From NCBI RefSeq assembly GCF_009914755.1, contig NC_060929.1: a stretch of DNA of 64,000 nucleotides; one strand, 5' to 3'. Below the pieces are notes generated by a model that worked only from the letters and a program-made list of their open reading frames with translations, did not search any database and was not told the DNA's origin. The DNA is from the human T2T-CHM13v2.0 reference genome, Homo sapiens. Positions 41,462-55,800 of the stretch are shown here, piece by piece. A program made the position numbers and the translations under genes. Positions within the stretch are counted from its first letter, which is position 1. Each line of letters starts with the position of its first letter.

Positions 41462-41764
41462 TAATCCTGTGTTATCATTTATTCATTTGTATATTAAAGG
41501 CTTCCAAATGATGTGTCCTCTATTAACATAAAAAAGATTATCTGAATATAGTAAAATGTTGATTTATTAACAACTATGTAATCAAAAAGAACAGCAAATA
41601 CAGAAGGAGGTGTTAATCACAAAATAAGCTCTGTCTCTTTCATAGTCTTGCTAAGTTTCATGTCTCTGGTAGGATATTGTGCATTTTTGAAAGATGCCTT
41701 GAGATGGCCAATTCTGTAAGCCAAGGAAAGTCTATGAGAATAGAAAGCACCGAGAATTTATAAT

Positions 41765-41945
41765 TAGCTTCATGTACTGCATTTGTAAGTTACCAGCTGT
41801 GTGACTGACAGGACTCTTTTCCCCTACATAGTCCCGTTTCATTGTGTGCGAGTAACAACTGGCGTCCAGGAGATTCATGAGAATTAAATGAGATAGTATA
41901 AGTGGAATGCTGTCAAGATGTAAGGCATTAGATAAAATATATTAG
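41765..41945 (+). mobile_element. MIR (MIRc/MIR3-like) fragment
   Basis: ttaccagctgtgtgac...tgagaattaaatgagata...atgtaagg. Confidence 0.6.
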
Positions 41946-44559
41946 ATAGTCACAAGTTAATTCCAGCTTGGGAAAGAAAAATTGGGATAATTTAGAATAA
42001 AATCGTTATTTGCCAATGTAAACATATAATTATTTTAACATGTTTAAAGCATTTTAATAAGTCATGTGGGTATAATGATAAAGGAGAATATAATTGCAGA
42101 ATTACGTGACTATTCAAATTATTTTCACATCTTTTGAATTTAAAAAATAGTAAATTATTTGAGCTAGAAATTTCTCGCTTCCACTTTACATTTGTCTAGT
42201 GCAGATTTTTAGATCCATTGGCCAACTAATAGTGGATCCCGCAGCGATGGAACATTTCTATTATATTCTTTTCTCTGTAACGAATAATACCATCTGGCAA
42301 CCTGAGTGTTTTTCTCATCATTACAAGTCAGAGGAGTGTGTAATTATCTCACTGAAAGGAAACTTCTGAAGAAAAGCAAATGTAAGAAACATTCTTGTTG
42401 CACTGGATGAAAAAATGTGCCAAAAATAATAGGATGTTGTATAACTTTATATAAAGCTACAAAAAATAAACACAAATAAACATTATCAAAGAAAGCATCA
42501 TGCTGTATATTATGAATTACTGATATCTCATATATTTGAGGCTTTTGACATAGAGGTTAGAACTCTGTGACTGAGAATCTCACTCTTGAATTAATTAGGA
42601 AGAGAGTATTTTGAATGATAGCAAAATGGCCAATTAATGTTTATTTAATAATTTTTGAGCAGGCGTTAAATGATTGGTTTCAAAGTGCAATAATATAGTC
42701 TGCTTTGTAACTAGAGCTGTGAAAAATATTCACAGCCTGAATTAAAAGGAGAAATGTTAAGAAGAGGAAAGGGATTGTCTAAATAGCAGTATAAAAATCT
42801 CTGTAATTATGTTAACATCATGGACAATCTGTAGTATTCTAGTATATATGAAGAATACCTATCTTCTCTCCAGGATATTTCAATTACTTGGAAACTGTCC
42901 TGGTTTCAAACTTTTGGAATTGTAGATATTCTGTTGTGGGCACATAAGATGGAAAGAGGGAATAGATGGATAAAGCATGGCGTGATGAGAGCTGTTGGGC
43001 TTAATTTGCACCAACATTGTCATAATGCTTTTGGCCCTCAGCTAACAGTAGAAACGTGTATGCCACATTATAATGGATACACTGGAAAAAGTCCTGTTCT
43101 TAGAACCCTTACAAGGATGACATATGTAGAATAGGTACACAATATACAGGGTACATCTTTGAAGACTTTTCCCAAAGCTACAGTGAAAGTGTTACAAATA
43201 GCAAAATAAAAATGAGTAAAATTGGAAGATCCTTCCCCACAGTAAGTGCAAATACATAACTAGGAAGTTGACCCATATTTTTTTGTTTCAAAAGTATTTA
43301 TTCCTATATATTGCAAGAACTTAGTAAAACAGGAAAAAAAAGGAGAAAAAAGCTTAAATTGATTGGGATAATAGATGAAGATCAAGCTAGACAGGTTTGT
43401 GTCAAAAATCTTAGTTTTTAAATATTCATTTTGATTGAAATAATATTAAATTTTAAAAAACTATTCACAGATAAGGAGCTGAGTTGGAAGTGATGAAGTT
43501 TAGGGTCTTGTATCAAAGTAGAAATACAGTGTGATCTTGACACAATATGACAGAGATGAGTGGACAAAGTCATGGGTACAAATAATTATAATAAAATTTA
43601 TTTTGTGAAATTCTATAATTTAGCTATAAAATACATGAAAGAAGAGGAAATTTTTAACCCCAAATTTGAATTTTGGAAGATAAACAGCACAGAGATGATG
43701 GTATTTCACCTGGTTTTCAAAGATAGTTAGATTTAGACGGCTATGAGAAAGGAGGAATTACTTTTCTGAAAGTGGATTGAAAGAAATAAAAATTGCATGT
43801 GACTTGAATTTTTTTCCTTGTTTCAGTAAGAAGGCACTCACAAACAGAAATATGAAGAATTACCAAAGCACTATTAATGGAAGTCAATTTATTGCACAAA
43901 ACTGTGTTGTATACCATGAAACATCTTTTTGTTTGTCTTTTTGCTTTCCTTGGTTTTAGTGAATCTTCTAAATTAAATCTTCTTCCTGATAATAACTCAA
44001 AGATAAAACAGGGTATGGGAATTTTAAGTGATCTTCAACATTATCTATTCACAGTACTGTATCCAGTAGGATAATTTTTAATGGCCATCCAAGTTTTATT
44101 ACACACTTCAGCTAAAAAGGAATCCATAATATTTTAAAGGAGCCAAGGGTATAATTGAAAAGCTGTAATGGTTAGCAAGTATTTCATTAAATTTACTTAT
44201 TCCCTGACTCAATCTAAATCTATCTTCTGGAGATACAGATAAAATTATTATATATCACATGACAGCAAGTATATAAAGTCAAGGAGAGAAGGAGGATATA
44301 ACATAAGGAACAGAACAGTGTGGCAGGAAGATAAATGAGCTGAAAAATACAATGATAGACATTCTGATAACCTTTTTGTAAGTTCAGGAAAATCCCTTAA
44401 CTTTTCTTTTGTGCCACTTGCACAAATCACTTAGTCCCTCTGTGCTTGTTACTTACCTTTAGGGGTATTATAAAATTCTAATTTCTGATTAAAAATCACT
44501 AGCTGGGTATTTTGTTAATCATTCTCATTATTTAAGATTTTATTATTCTCTTATAAACA

Positions 44560-44830
44560 GACTCAGTCTTTTCACTATTTCTCATGAGACAGTTTTCAGG
44601 TCATGCACCATCCTTTATCTCCTCCATGGGACACCATGGTTAATGTCTCTCAGACTGGGATGTCCATAACCAAACCCAATACCACAGATGGACCGATCCA
44701 TGCAATGAGTTTTATTTCCTTTTAGCTAGATATGATATTTTGTTAAAACCACTTAGCATTTACCTATGTTTTTTAAAAATATTTTTTTCCTTAGCAATTG
44801 CTCATCTATAACTTGCAGGAAATTCAATAA
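44560..44830 (-). mobile_element. L3/CR1 LINE fragment
   Basis: aatgtctctc...caataccacagatggaccgatccatgca resembles CR1 aatgtccctc...caatactccagatgtggtctgaccagtgca. Confidence 0.5.
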
Positions 44831-45104
44831 AATCATAAAGTGTTTTAAAGTCACAGTTGTGTAGCTAAACATGTAACACTTCAAGCAGAAATATAAAACT
44901 ATACATGTATTTCTTGCATAGAACTGAAAAAAGCCTGTGCTTCAATTGGGCATTCCTTATTTTTTACATTCCTTACTTCTTGTCAATCTTGGAACCATGT
45001 TAACTATGAGCTAGATGATATTACTATTAGTTAACTTGATACATCATCTAGCTCATAGTTCACTATCCTTTACTCCAAGATCCAGTGAGAAGTTGCTCCA
45101 CAGC

Positions 45105-45235
45105 TGGAGAAATTGGAGATTTGGGACTAGGACCATGGCTCTGCAATTTACTACCTATGTGATCTCAATTCATTCAAACCCTGGTTTACTTCTGCTAAAA
45201 ATTGCATCATAATACCTAACTGAAAGGTTTGAGTA
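45105..45235 (+). mobile_element. MIR fragment
   Basis: tggctctgcaatttactacctatgtgatct...taatacctaac. Confidence 0.55.
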
Positions 45236-45692
45236 TACAGAAAACACATCTTAAACTTTTAATGTAATGATTTCCATTTCACAAAGTCCAAGAGGTTCTC
45301 ACAAATCTTTCCTCAAATCTTAGGCATCAGGCTTTAAACCTTTTCAAACAAGATCATCTGGGCCTATAATGCCTCCAGTGGAAGCCATTTGCAATCTTTT
45401 GAGATTCACTTTTTCCTACAAGGCAAAATGGAAGCATCACTTTCCCTGACTGTGGTAGTGCCATTTGGCTTACCCTATCCCCCACACTAATTGTCACCCT
45501 TTTCTTAAAATCTAGCAGAGTTTCTTACACACTGTAAATGTTCATTAAATATTAGTAAAAATGATAAATAGAAGAACAGAAAAAAAGAAGGATAAATAGA
45601 AAGGAAGAGAAAAGGTAAGAGGAAAGAAATACATGTTTTTCTTTTCCTCCCACTTCACTTTAACTCTCCCATTAACATAATTACCTACATGG

Positions 45693-46082
45693 TGATATAG
45701 TTTGGATATTTGTCCCCTCCACATCTCATGTTGCAATCTGATCCCCAATGTTAGAGGTGGTACTTGATGTGAGGTGTTTGGGTCATGGGGTCGAATCTCT
45801 CATGAATAAATTAGTGCAGTAGTAGCGGTGGTAATGAGTCAGTTCTTGCTCTATTAGTTCCTACAATAACTGATTGTTGAAAAGAGTCTGACAGCTCCCT
45901 CCATCAGCTCCCCTTCCTCTTCCACCATGAACTGAAGCAGTCTGGGGCCCTTAACAGATGCAGATGGTGGTGTCCGGGCTTCTCATACAGGCTACAGAGC
46001 TATGAGCCAAGTAAACTTCTTTTTTGAAAATAAATTATCCAGCCTCGGGTATTCCTTAGAGTAACGCAAATGTACTAACCCA
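45693..46082 (+). mobile_element. MSTB solo LTR
   Basis: tgatatagtttggatatttgtccc...gaggtgtttgggtcatgggg...ctctattagttcc...gggtattcctt; TSD catgg/tgtgg. Confidence 0.9.
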
Positions 46083-46726
46083 TGTGGCATTTCAACTACA
46101 TGCCTCCATGGCTTCTTCACATCAAGGATCATGGGCCATTTAAGGTAGGCCTTTTGTTTAATTCATGTCTATCAGTTCAATGATTACCACCATGGTGAGC
46201 GGGAATGTTAGGTGCAATATATTAAAGAGGGGAAAAAAAAAAGGAATGCAGATCAAACATATGCTCCTGTAGAAGGATTTTAAAGTTCAATTAGTTTAGT
46301 TCTTCCTTGGGCTACAAATGGGACTGGGATAACAGCATTCAAGGTATCAGCTGACAATGCATGCTACAGCATGATGACAGTGTTCTTTTGATGAAGTTGT
46401 CACACAACATGAAAAAAAGCAACAAAATTATTAGAGAATCCTTGTATGATTCCAGTGATTGCTTTATTTTCTTTCCTGCATGTTCAAATTACATTTGTAA
46501 AATTGCATTCAAGACCAGAGTTAAGCTTACCTTTTTTTTTTCTGAATAAACCATTGCCTCCCATTTGTTTTTTCCTGCCATTTCTAACATTCTTTTCTTT
46601 ATTCTCATGATGAACAAACAGATATTTCACAACAGATTTTCTATTAAAGTTGGTTTGAGGTTTGAATTCACACCAAACACTAAATATTATTATTCCCTTT
46701 TGACTTACTCCATGCTTTGTTTTCTT

Positions 46727-46867
46727 TTTAATTTCTTTTTTTTTTTTTCTTGACATGGTGTTTTGCTATGTTGCCTGGGTTGGTCTTGAATTCCTAGGCT
46801 CAAGCCATCTTCCTGCTTCAGCATCCAGAGTAGCTGGGATGACAAGCACACACAACCTCTTGCAGCC
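46727..46867 (-). mobile_element. FLAM_A-like Alu monomer
   Basis: Monomer with gagtagctgggat; exact flanking repeat ccatgctttgttttctt at 46710-46726 and 46866-46882. Confidence 0.85.
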
Positions 46868-46957
46868 ATGCTTTGTTTTCTTCTCAGAATTTGCACTACC
46901 TCTGAACATGTCTTATGATGGTTCTATTTAATTGGCAAGGGAAAAGTCATTTTGTCT

Positions 46958-47090
46958 TTATTCATTTATTCTTCAAATTCTCATATGGCACCGTATTGCA
47001 AGCCATATGCAGTGCTAAGTGCGGGGTAGACAGCATTGAGCAAAAAAAGAAGCCTCACTGCCTTGGCAGCTTGTGAGAGTGTGTGGGGAC
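46958..47090 (-). mobile_element. L2 3' end
   Basis: ttcatttattc...gtgctaagtgcgggg...cactgccttggcagctt. Confidence 0.6.
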
Positions 47091-47639
47091 TGGCGGGGGT
47101 GTGGACAGGGAAACTTCTCATCCAGCCAAAGTGGTCATGGGGACCAATAAAGGAGGAAGTAAGAGAGAAGGAGACTTAGATTGGGGCTTTATACCATCTT
47201 TCTAAAGTAAAGAAATAACCCATTTTGTGTTCCTTTTCTTTTAAAAATAACAATGATTTTTGAAAATTTGAAAAAAAATTAGAAAATGAACATTATTCGT
47301 AATGTTGTACTCATAAACCCAGTATCCAGCTTGATTCATTCAAACATTGTTTACAGAGATAATGTATATACATTTCTATGTATATGAATTATACAACATA
47401 ATATATGTGTTTTATTTAATAGGATATCATATTCTTCATGCTCTATAATTTACCAATTGAAATGTTTATTGAATTTATATATATATGTATTATCTGTCTG
47501 CATATACAAATGAGGAGTATTTACTTTCTTATAAAATCCATTTTTAGACTATTAATTTGATGGCTGCAGAATTGTACACTGATTCATGACTTATCTATTC
47601 CATTATTTTGAAATATTTAGTTATTTCATCAATTTAAAA

Positions 47640-47874
47640 AAAAATTTATTTATTTATTTATTTGTTTATTGAGAGAAAGGATTTCACTCTGTTGCCCAGG
47701 CTGGAGTGCAGTGGTGTGTTCATAGCTCATTGCAGCCTTAAACTACAGGGCTCAAGCTATCTTCCTGTCTCAGCCTCCAAAGTAGCTGGACTACAGGCAC
47801 ACGCTACCATACCCAGCTAATTTTAAATTTTTTTTGTAGAGATGGGGTCTTGCTTGGTTGCCCAGGCTGACCTC
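47640..47874 (-). mobile_element. AluJ (Jo-like), 5'-truncated at insertion
   Basis: catagctcattgcagcctt; stops at gcccaggctgacctc; TSD tttcatcaatttaaaa (47624-47639) / tttcatcaatataaaa (47875-47890). Confidence 0.9.
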
Positions 47875-48479
47875 TTTCATCAATATAAAACAATAATATG
47901 ATAGATATTTTAATCTTAGGATCCATGTCAAACTTAAAATTACTGGATAAGAGAGAAGAAACACTCTTAAATCATCAACTTAAAATAACAAATTGCTTTT
48001 GAGAATGATCACATTTTCTTTACAATCTCCATACATGATTTTTCTACTTAGAAATCCTTCTACATTCCAAAATCTAATAAAATCCTTCACTTGATTATGC
48101 TGTTGATAGTCTCAAATCTATACTAATATTTTTTAATTGTTATGTTAACTTAGGTGAGAATTTCTCTTCAATTGCTCTCAAATAATCAACTGCTTAATAC
48201 AATTGCCAAATACTCTATTGTTTTTCTATTTGTTTAGGCCACATTTGTTATGTGATTATTCTGTTTCTAGAACTGGTTTCTTATCAATTTTTTTACAAGA
48301 GTATTTCTATTTCTGTATTTTTTTATTTAGTTAATTGAAGAGTTACTTTTTAAAGGTAATGTTAAACTTTAAGTTATGTTTTAAAATTAGAATAATTTTA
48401 TATTTGCAGGATAGTGCAGTTTTCTTCCACCCCTTGTCTTTCAATTTCCTTTTAAATTAATGTTTTAAGTTACTATGGC

Positions 48480-48544
48480 ATATATATATACACACACACA
48501 TATATGTATACACACACACATATATATACATATATATGTATATA
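48480..48544. repeat. (TA)/(CA) compound microsatellite at the L1 tail
   Basis: Directly visible. Confidence 0.9.
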
Positions 48545-48545
48545 A

Positions 48546-49129
48546 TTTTACTTTAGGTTCTGGATTACATGTGCAGAATGTGCAGGTTTGTTACATAAGT
48601 ATACATGTGCCATGGTGATTTGCTAGACCTATCAACCCATCATCTAGGTTTTAAGCCCCGCATGCATTAGGTATTTGTCCTAATGCTCTCCCTCCCCTTG
48701 CCCCCAACCCACCGACGGTCCTGGTGTGTGATGTTCCCCTCCCTGTGTCCATCTGTCCTCGTTGTTCAACTCCCACTTATGAGTGATAAAATGTGGTGTT
48801 TGGTTTTCTGTTCCTGTGTTAGTTTGCTGACAATGATGGTTTCCAGCTTCATCCATGTCCCTGCAAAGGACATGAACTCATTCTTTTTTATGGCTGCATA
48901 GTATCCCATGGTGTATATGTGCCACATTTATTTATTAATGATAGATTATATCATTAATGGTCATTTGGGTTGGTTCCAAGTCTTACTATTGTAAATAGTG
49001 CTACAATAAACATACGTTTGTATGTGTACTTACAGCAGAATGAGTTGTAATCCTTTGGGTATATACCCAGTATTGGGATTGCTGGGTCAAATGTTATTTC
49101 TGATTCTAGATCCTTGAGAAATCACCACA
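48546..49129 (-). mobile_element. L1PA8 3' end
   Basis: Diagnostic taggttttaagccccgcatgcattaggtatttgtcctaatgctctccctccccttgcc. Confidence 0.93.
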
Positions 49130-49284
49130 AATATGTAGACCGATGGAACAGAGACATCAGAAATAACACCACAAGTCTACAATCATCTGATCTTCAACAA
49201 ACCTGACAAAAACAAGCAATGGGGAAAGGATTCCCTATTTAATAAATGGTGCTGGGAAAACCGGCTAGCATATGCAGAAAACAG
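49130..49284 (+). mobile_element. Inverted ORF2 segment of the same L1 (5' inversion)
   Basis: gatcttcaacaaacctgacaaaaacaagcaatggggaaaggattccctatttaataaatggtgctgggaaaac encodes L1 ORF2 [24 protein letters not shown]. Confidence 0.92.
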
Positions 49285-49795
49285 ACATATTTTAAAATTA
49301 TTTATAATACAGTGTTAAATCTTTATTATTCTAAATTTTCTAGTTTCTTCTTGACAATCTTTGGGTATTCTTTCTAATAAAACATAGCAATTTTTTTATT
49401 GTCACTTTCAATTGAAATTGCTTGGAATTTAGAGATTAAATCTTGGCATTTGCATAACATTTTTAATGACATCTCAGAATTTAGTATACTATATTCAAGT
49501 TTTCTTTGTTGATCTTTAGAAAGATTTTATATTTTTCTTACTGTGTGCTCTGTGCATTTCTTGGCAGAATTTCTTTCCCTATTTTTTCAAGTCTGAAATT
49601 ATGAATTAAATTTATCTATTTACTATTCTAATTAGCCATCATTTTATGAACACTCATTTTTTATTCAACAATCTTAACCAACACTGGTTCTTTTCAGTTG
49701 AGTTTTAAATTAGATAAACCTGTCTGTAAATAGTATTTGTCTCTTAATCCCACCAGAATAGGTTTTAGTGTCCATCCTTAAAAACATTATTTTTC

Positions 49796-50108
<313 letters not shown>

Positions 50109-50999
50109 TTATTTTACTTTTCTCCCCATCTGCATCAACTTAAAATACCATATTGACTTTAATGTGAAAACAGAAATGTTCAATTTTTGTAAGGAATGGA
50201 TATTAAATTCTGTCAAATACCTTTTTAGTATTAATACATGTTTTTAATACACTTTTAAAAAGACTAATATATATTTTTTCAATATTTTAATTTTGTACAT
50301 TCATCAGAATATTGCTCAGTGGGTGTTTTTTATTCACATAACCATAGGTAGCTTAACATATTTGTTAATAAGAAAATAAGCTTCCTTTTAAGGTGTAGCT
50401 TTCTAGCAGCTAGAATGGCTTCTGAAGATGTTTCTTCTTTCACACCAATACATACTTCAGTATGCATTTTAACAGTATTGCTATGTCATCTCAGTGTTTT
50501 TAAAATAGTTACACTTACAGTGCTTTATGGAATATTCTCTACAATATTGCAAGGCTGGGATGCCTGGAATTCCATTTCTATTGAAACAATTAAGCTAGCA
50601 GGAAAGCCTAGAGGCCAGAACCTTGGTCTCCAGCACTGAAACCAAGTATGTAATGTTCAAGAAAAAAAAAAAATCTTAAAAAGAACTCCTACCGTGTAAC
50701 CCAGATTGAAGTTATTTAAGAAAATCTTTCATTAATCCTGGACCATAAGTTCTGAGCCCATGGTTAGATTCACAGCGCATTTCACTAGGGGAATCCCTTT
50801 AGAGCACGATTATAAAAACTGTCATTTGATGACACATCATGCTACCATAGTCTTTTTCCCCTCCCATGAAACAGTAAAGCAGATGATATTAAATTATAGA
50901 GAAGGGATGATTTCAGGTGACAGAGTAAAGGGATTTGATACAGAGATGTTGCAGGTGAGGTTCAGAGTGAAACATTGTTTTATATAAAAGAAAACAGCC

Positions 51000-51346
<347 letters not shown>

Positions 51347-51394
51347 TCAATTATCCACTCTGAAGTATTTTCCAAATACTTTGGCAAAGCACAT

Positions 51395-52180
<786 letters not shown>

Positions 52181-52391
52181 TAGAATCCCAGACTCACTTA
52201 GTCATTGAAGCTCGTTAAAGCCTGAAAGTACTTAGGGAAGTTTATATGGAAGATCACAACATGTCTTTTTCATGAATGACTGACAGGATGAATTTCCCTA
52301 GGCATGTCAATCACAGAAGTTTTAATTGATGCCATTCTCAACTACTGTGCATGTTGTTGAAAAGCATTACATTTAGCTGCATTCAATCCCC

Positions 52392-52393
<2 letters not shown>

Positions 52394-52461
<68 letters not shown>
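52394..52461. repeat. Compound (AT)19-(GT)13 microsatellite
   Basis: Directly visible. Confidence 0.97.
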
Positions 52462-52466
<5 letters not shown>

Positions 52467-53196
52467 GAAAGAGAAGATAATTTGACAATTATTAGAAGTT
52501 TGGCAGTTCAACAATAAAAACTAAATAATTCTCATGAACATGCTTTATGGTGGGAAAATGGTGATGAGTTTTCTCCGTATACAATTAGGTGTAGTTTCTC
52601 TATGTAGTTGTGATACCAATATTTCTTTGTGTTTGATGTGCATTTCTTATCAAGACAGAAAAATTGTGTATTCTGTGAACAGAATGCATAAGAATTTACT
52701 GATCTGAAAAGTAATTTGGTGAATTGCCTCTACAACAGTCATGCAAGCAAGGAAGAAATAAAATGCTATAAGCACTTACATAGTTCTTCTCATGTGAATC
52801 AAAACCTAAAAGTGTAACCAAACGAGATGATTCAGTCTTATTTACACATCTGATGTGCTTTTTCTTTAACACAAAAGGGTTCTAACATTGACCACTATCA
52901 TCTGTCTTTTAGAACTTATTTCTTATTAGTGATTTAATATTTAAAAATCTTTAATGTTGTGGTTTAACTTAAAATATAGGTTCATATAGGAAAACTTCTT
53001 TTTAGAACAATTATTTAGAAATGATACCAATACATGTTTGTTAACACGATTAACTACAAAGTGGGATTTCATGTGAATGAATTTCCCAAGGGTACTGAGA
53101 TTTACTAATGTATCGAAATATCAGAAAGGCTTTGATACACAAAAGCTCTAAATTATACGTGAACATTAGCATCAAAATAAAAGCATAGTCAGACAG

Positions 53197-53214
53197 TAGT
53201 GCCCCCTGGAGAAG
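53197..53214 (-). promoter_or_regulatory. Candidate CTCF motif
   Basis: Minus strand cttctccagggggcacta against consensus ggccaccagggggcRcta. Confidence 0.35.
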
Positions 53215-53583
53215 ACCTGTTGTATTGTAAGCAGTGCCTTATGGAAGCAATGGATGGCTCAGTACCTTTCTAGGATCTGGTCCCAAGAAGGGTACCACAC
53301 ATGATTTTCCGAGATACACAAATATCATCAATAAAACAAGAATTAATACATATTAACCAAACTCACAAATGTACATGTAAATATAAGGCAGAAGGTGTTA
53401 TAAGACATAAAATTACTTCTATTTTAGAAAGAATATTCTCTTCCTATAAGTACATTGAACTGAAAAGCCACATGACAATCAGAAGATTGCCTAATGAGCT
53501 AAAATTTAATTCAAAATAGGGATAGTTCGGTGAATCATATTAATGCCTATTGCTATTAGATTATGTTAATATCATGCATCCAC

Positions 53584-53868
53584 AGCCAGGAACGATGGCG
53601 CACACCTGTAATCCCAGCACTTTGAGAGGCCGAGGCAGGCAGATTGTTTGAGGCCAGGAGTTTGAGACCAGCCTGGTCAATAAGGTAAAAGCCCGTGTCT
53701 ACAAAAATTAGCTGCATATGTTGGCGCATGCCTGTAATCTCAGCTATGTCAAGAGGCTGAAGCTGGAGAATTGCTTGAACCCAGGAGGCAGAGGTTGCAA
53801 TGAGCCGAGATTGTACCACTGCACTCCAGCCTGGGTGAAAAAGTGAGACTCTGTCTCAAAAAAAAAAA
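53584..53868 (+). mobile_element. Alu (Sz/Jb-like), shortened linker
   Basis: ttgaggccaggagtttgagaccagcctgg...gagaattgcttgaaccc...gagactctgtctc plus A tail. Confidence 0.93.
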
Positions 53869-54069
53869 TATTAACCTGGATAGTGCTAATGACATGCTGA
53901 CAAATTAAAACTCTCCAAGAGATACCCTCCAGACCCTTCCCTATTAACAAATTTATTTTCCTTTTCCACTTCAAACATCCTGTGGACAAATGTTCTGTGT
54001 TGAATGTTGCAGGTTGCCCACTGAACATCTTCTGTCACATCCTCATCACCTATGAGAACTCTGTGTTTA

Positions 54070-54580
54070 AGAATCTTCCCCTCACCACATGGGCATGTGT
54101 CAAGGCATGGCTGCCTATAGTCCCAGGTCAAATAAGGCCTGATGTATTACTTTACCTCTTGCCAATGATCACTCCAAACCTTGTTATGTTATTTAACTCT
54201 GGCCTATGAAATGCATGATGAAATATGTATAATAACTTTTGGCAAAGTTTCTTATCGCCTAAGCAGAAACCGTGATAAGAAAATGTTTTCTATTCCTTTT
54301 GAGTATTGTTGAATCTGTATATCCTAGGGAAGAATTGCTACACTGGTTGTCTTACTAAACCACCTTCTTACTATCCTAAGGAGAGAGTCAATACTGGTGG
54401 TAAGACACAGAGAAATGAAAATCACCTAGATCACTGATGATATTCAGTTATTGAATCCATTAATTCTAATGCCTCTCTATATCTGAATGACCAGGTAAAT
54501 GAGATATAAAGTAGTCCTTAACTTTGAGCCAATTTAAAGTGGTGTTTATATTACATCTGAAAAGACTTTTTAATAAATAG
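54070..54580 (+). mobile_element. Old MLT1 (K/L-like) LTR
   Basis: ctcttgccaatgat, tctggcctatgaaa, tgagccaatttaaagtgg. Confidence 0.5.
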
Positions 54581-54639
54581 AGAGTTGTAAGATATTCTTA
54601 GAACACCTCCCCATTTTCTTGCTAGTTTCTACTTAAGAG

Positions 54640-55800
54640 AAATATAGCTGGGATTTCTTCCTTTTCCTCTGATTACTCTTCCTTCATTTTACCAGTTTAT
54701 CTATCTTCAAAGCTCAGTCACTGACCCACTTCCTTTTCCTGTTTATACTCTTTGATTGTTAATCTGATCTGATCTTAAGGCTTTGATTCTATCCGTATGC
54801 CCCAAACTTGCAAATTTATTTCTCTAACAAGGCCACCTTAGAGGCTCCTTTGGCCAGCTGCCTACTTCACATATTCATTTGTAGGTTTGATAATCACCTC
54901 AAAGTGAACATAAACAATTAATCTACTATTACTCTCTAAGTTCTCCCATATCAGCAAATTGCACCCTCATTGATTTATAATCAATGAATAGCTCTGTCTC
55001 CAAACATAACCTGAATTATCCTAATGTTCTCCAACTCCACAGTCTTGAAATGCTACAACCTTTACTGTAAACACCATCATTGAATCCCTATTCTACAGCA
55101 ATAAGATTAAAAAAAAAGATTGTCACTTTTCATATTAAAAATTTCAGGACTTCTTGTCCTGAAAACAAAATTGAACTTCTTATAATATCAAGGAAAATCC
55201 TTCATAAGCTGGTTTTGCCCATCTTTCTTATTGCAACTAACACTATGTTCATTCTCCCTAAGTAAGATCTAGCTCTCTGGATCTCCTTTAGATCCCCAAT
55301 ATCTTTCATGTCCTAAAGCATTGCCTTTTATTACTGGTTTTAGATCAATTTGGGAGGAACCTTCTACTCCCATATTTTACCTACCAGGCTTCTTCATATC
55401 ATTTCAATCTCAGTTCAAACACTATCTTCTGAAAACCTTTTCCCTCACTACTCAATCTAAACAATTTCCCTTCCTGGTTCTCCACAACATTACCCACCCA
55501 ACTTTGTAAATGGTTTCAAATATTCTGGGTTGACAGGAAAATGTTGTGCTTTTGTTAGAGCTTGATGGGCAATGCTGTTTAAAATATCAGCTCAATCATA
55601 TGACATTCCCATCTTTCCTAAAATCCCTGCTTTATTTCTTTCCATTTAATAGACTGACATTTGATATAACAAAAATTTATTACCTGTTCAAAACCCAAGA
55701 CTAAACACAAGACTTCCAGCTACTTGACAACTATAATTGTTGTTGTTTTATTCAGTGTTACATCATCATTGTCTAGAGGCGTCTGGAACAATCATGAATG
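54640..55800 (+). mobile_element. L2 fragments
   Basis: ccagctgcctactt, cacctcaaagtgaacat, tcccatatcagcaaat, tctcagttcaaa, ccttttccctcactactcaatctaa. Confidence 0.7.

Noticed and set aside
47085-47110. Possible G-quadruplex
   Set aside because: Only three runs of three or more G in the core; not canonical
54967-54987. 9-bp hairpin tcattgatt-tat-aatcaatga
   Set aside because: Short, AT-rich and plausible by chance on its own
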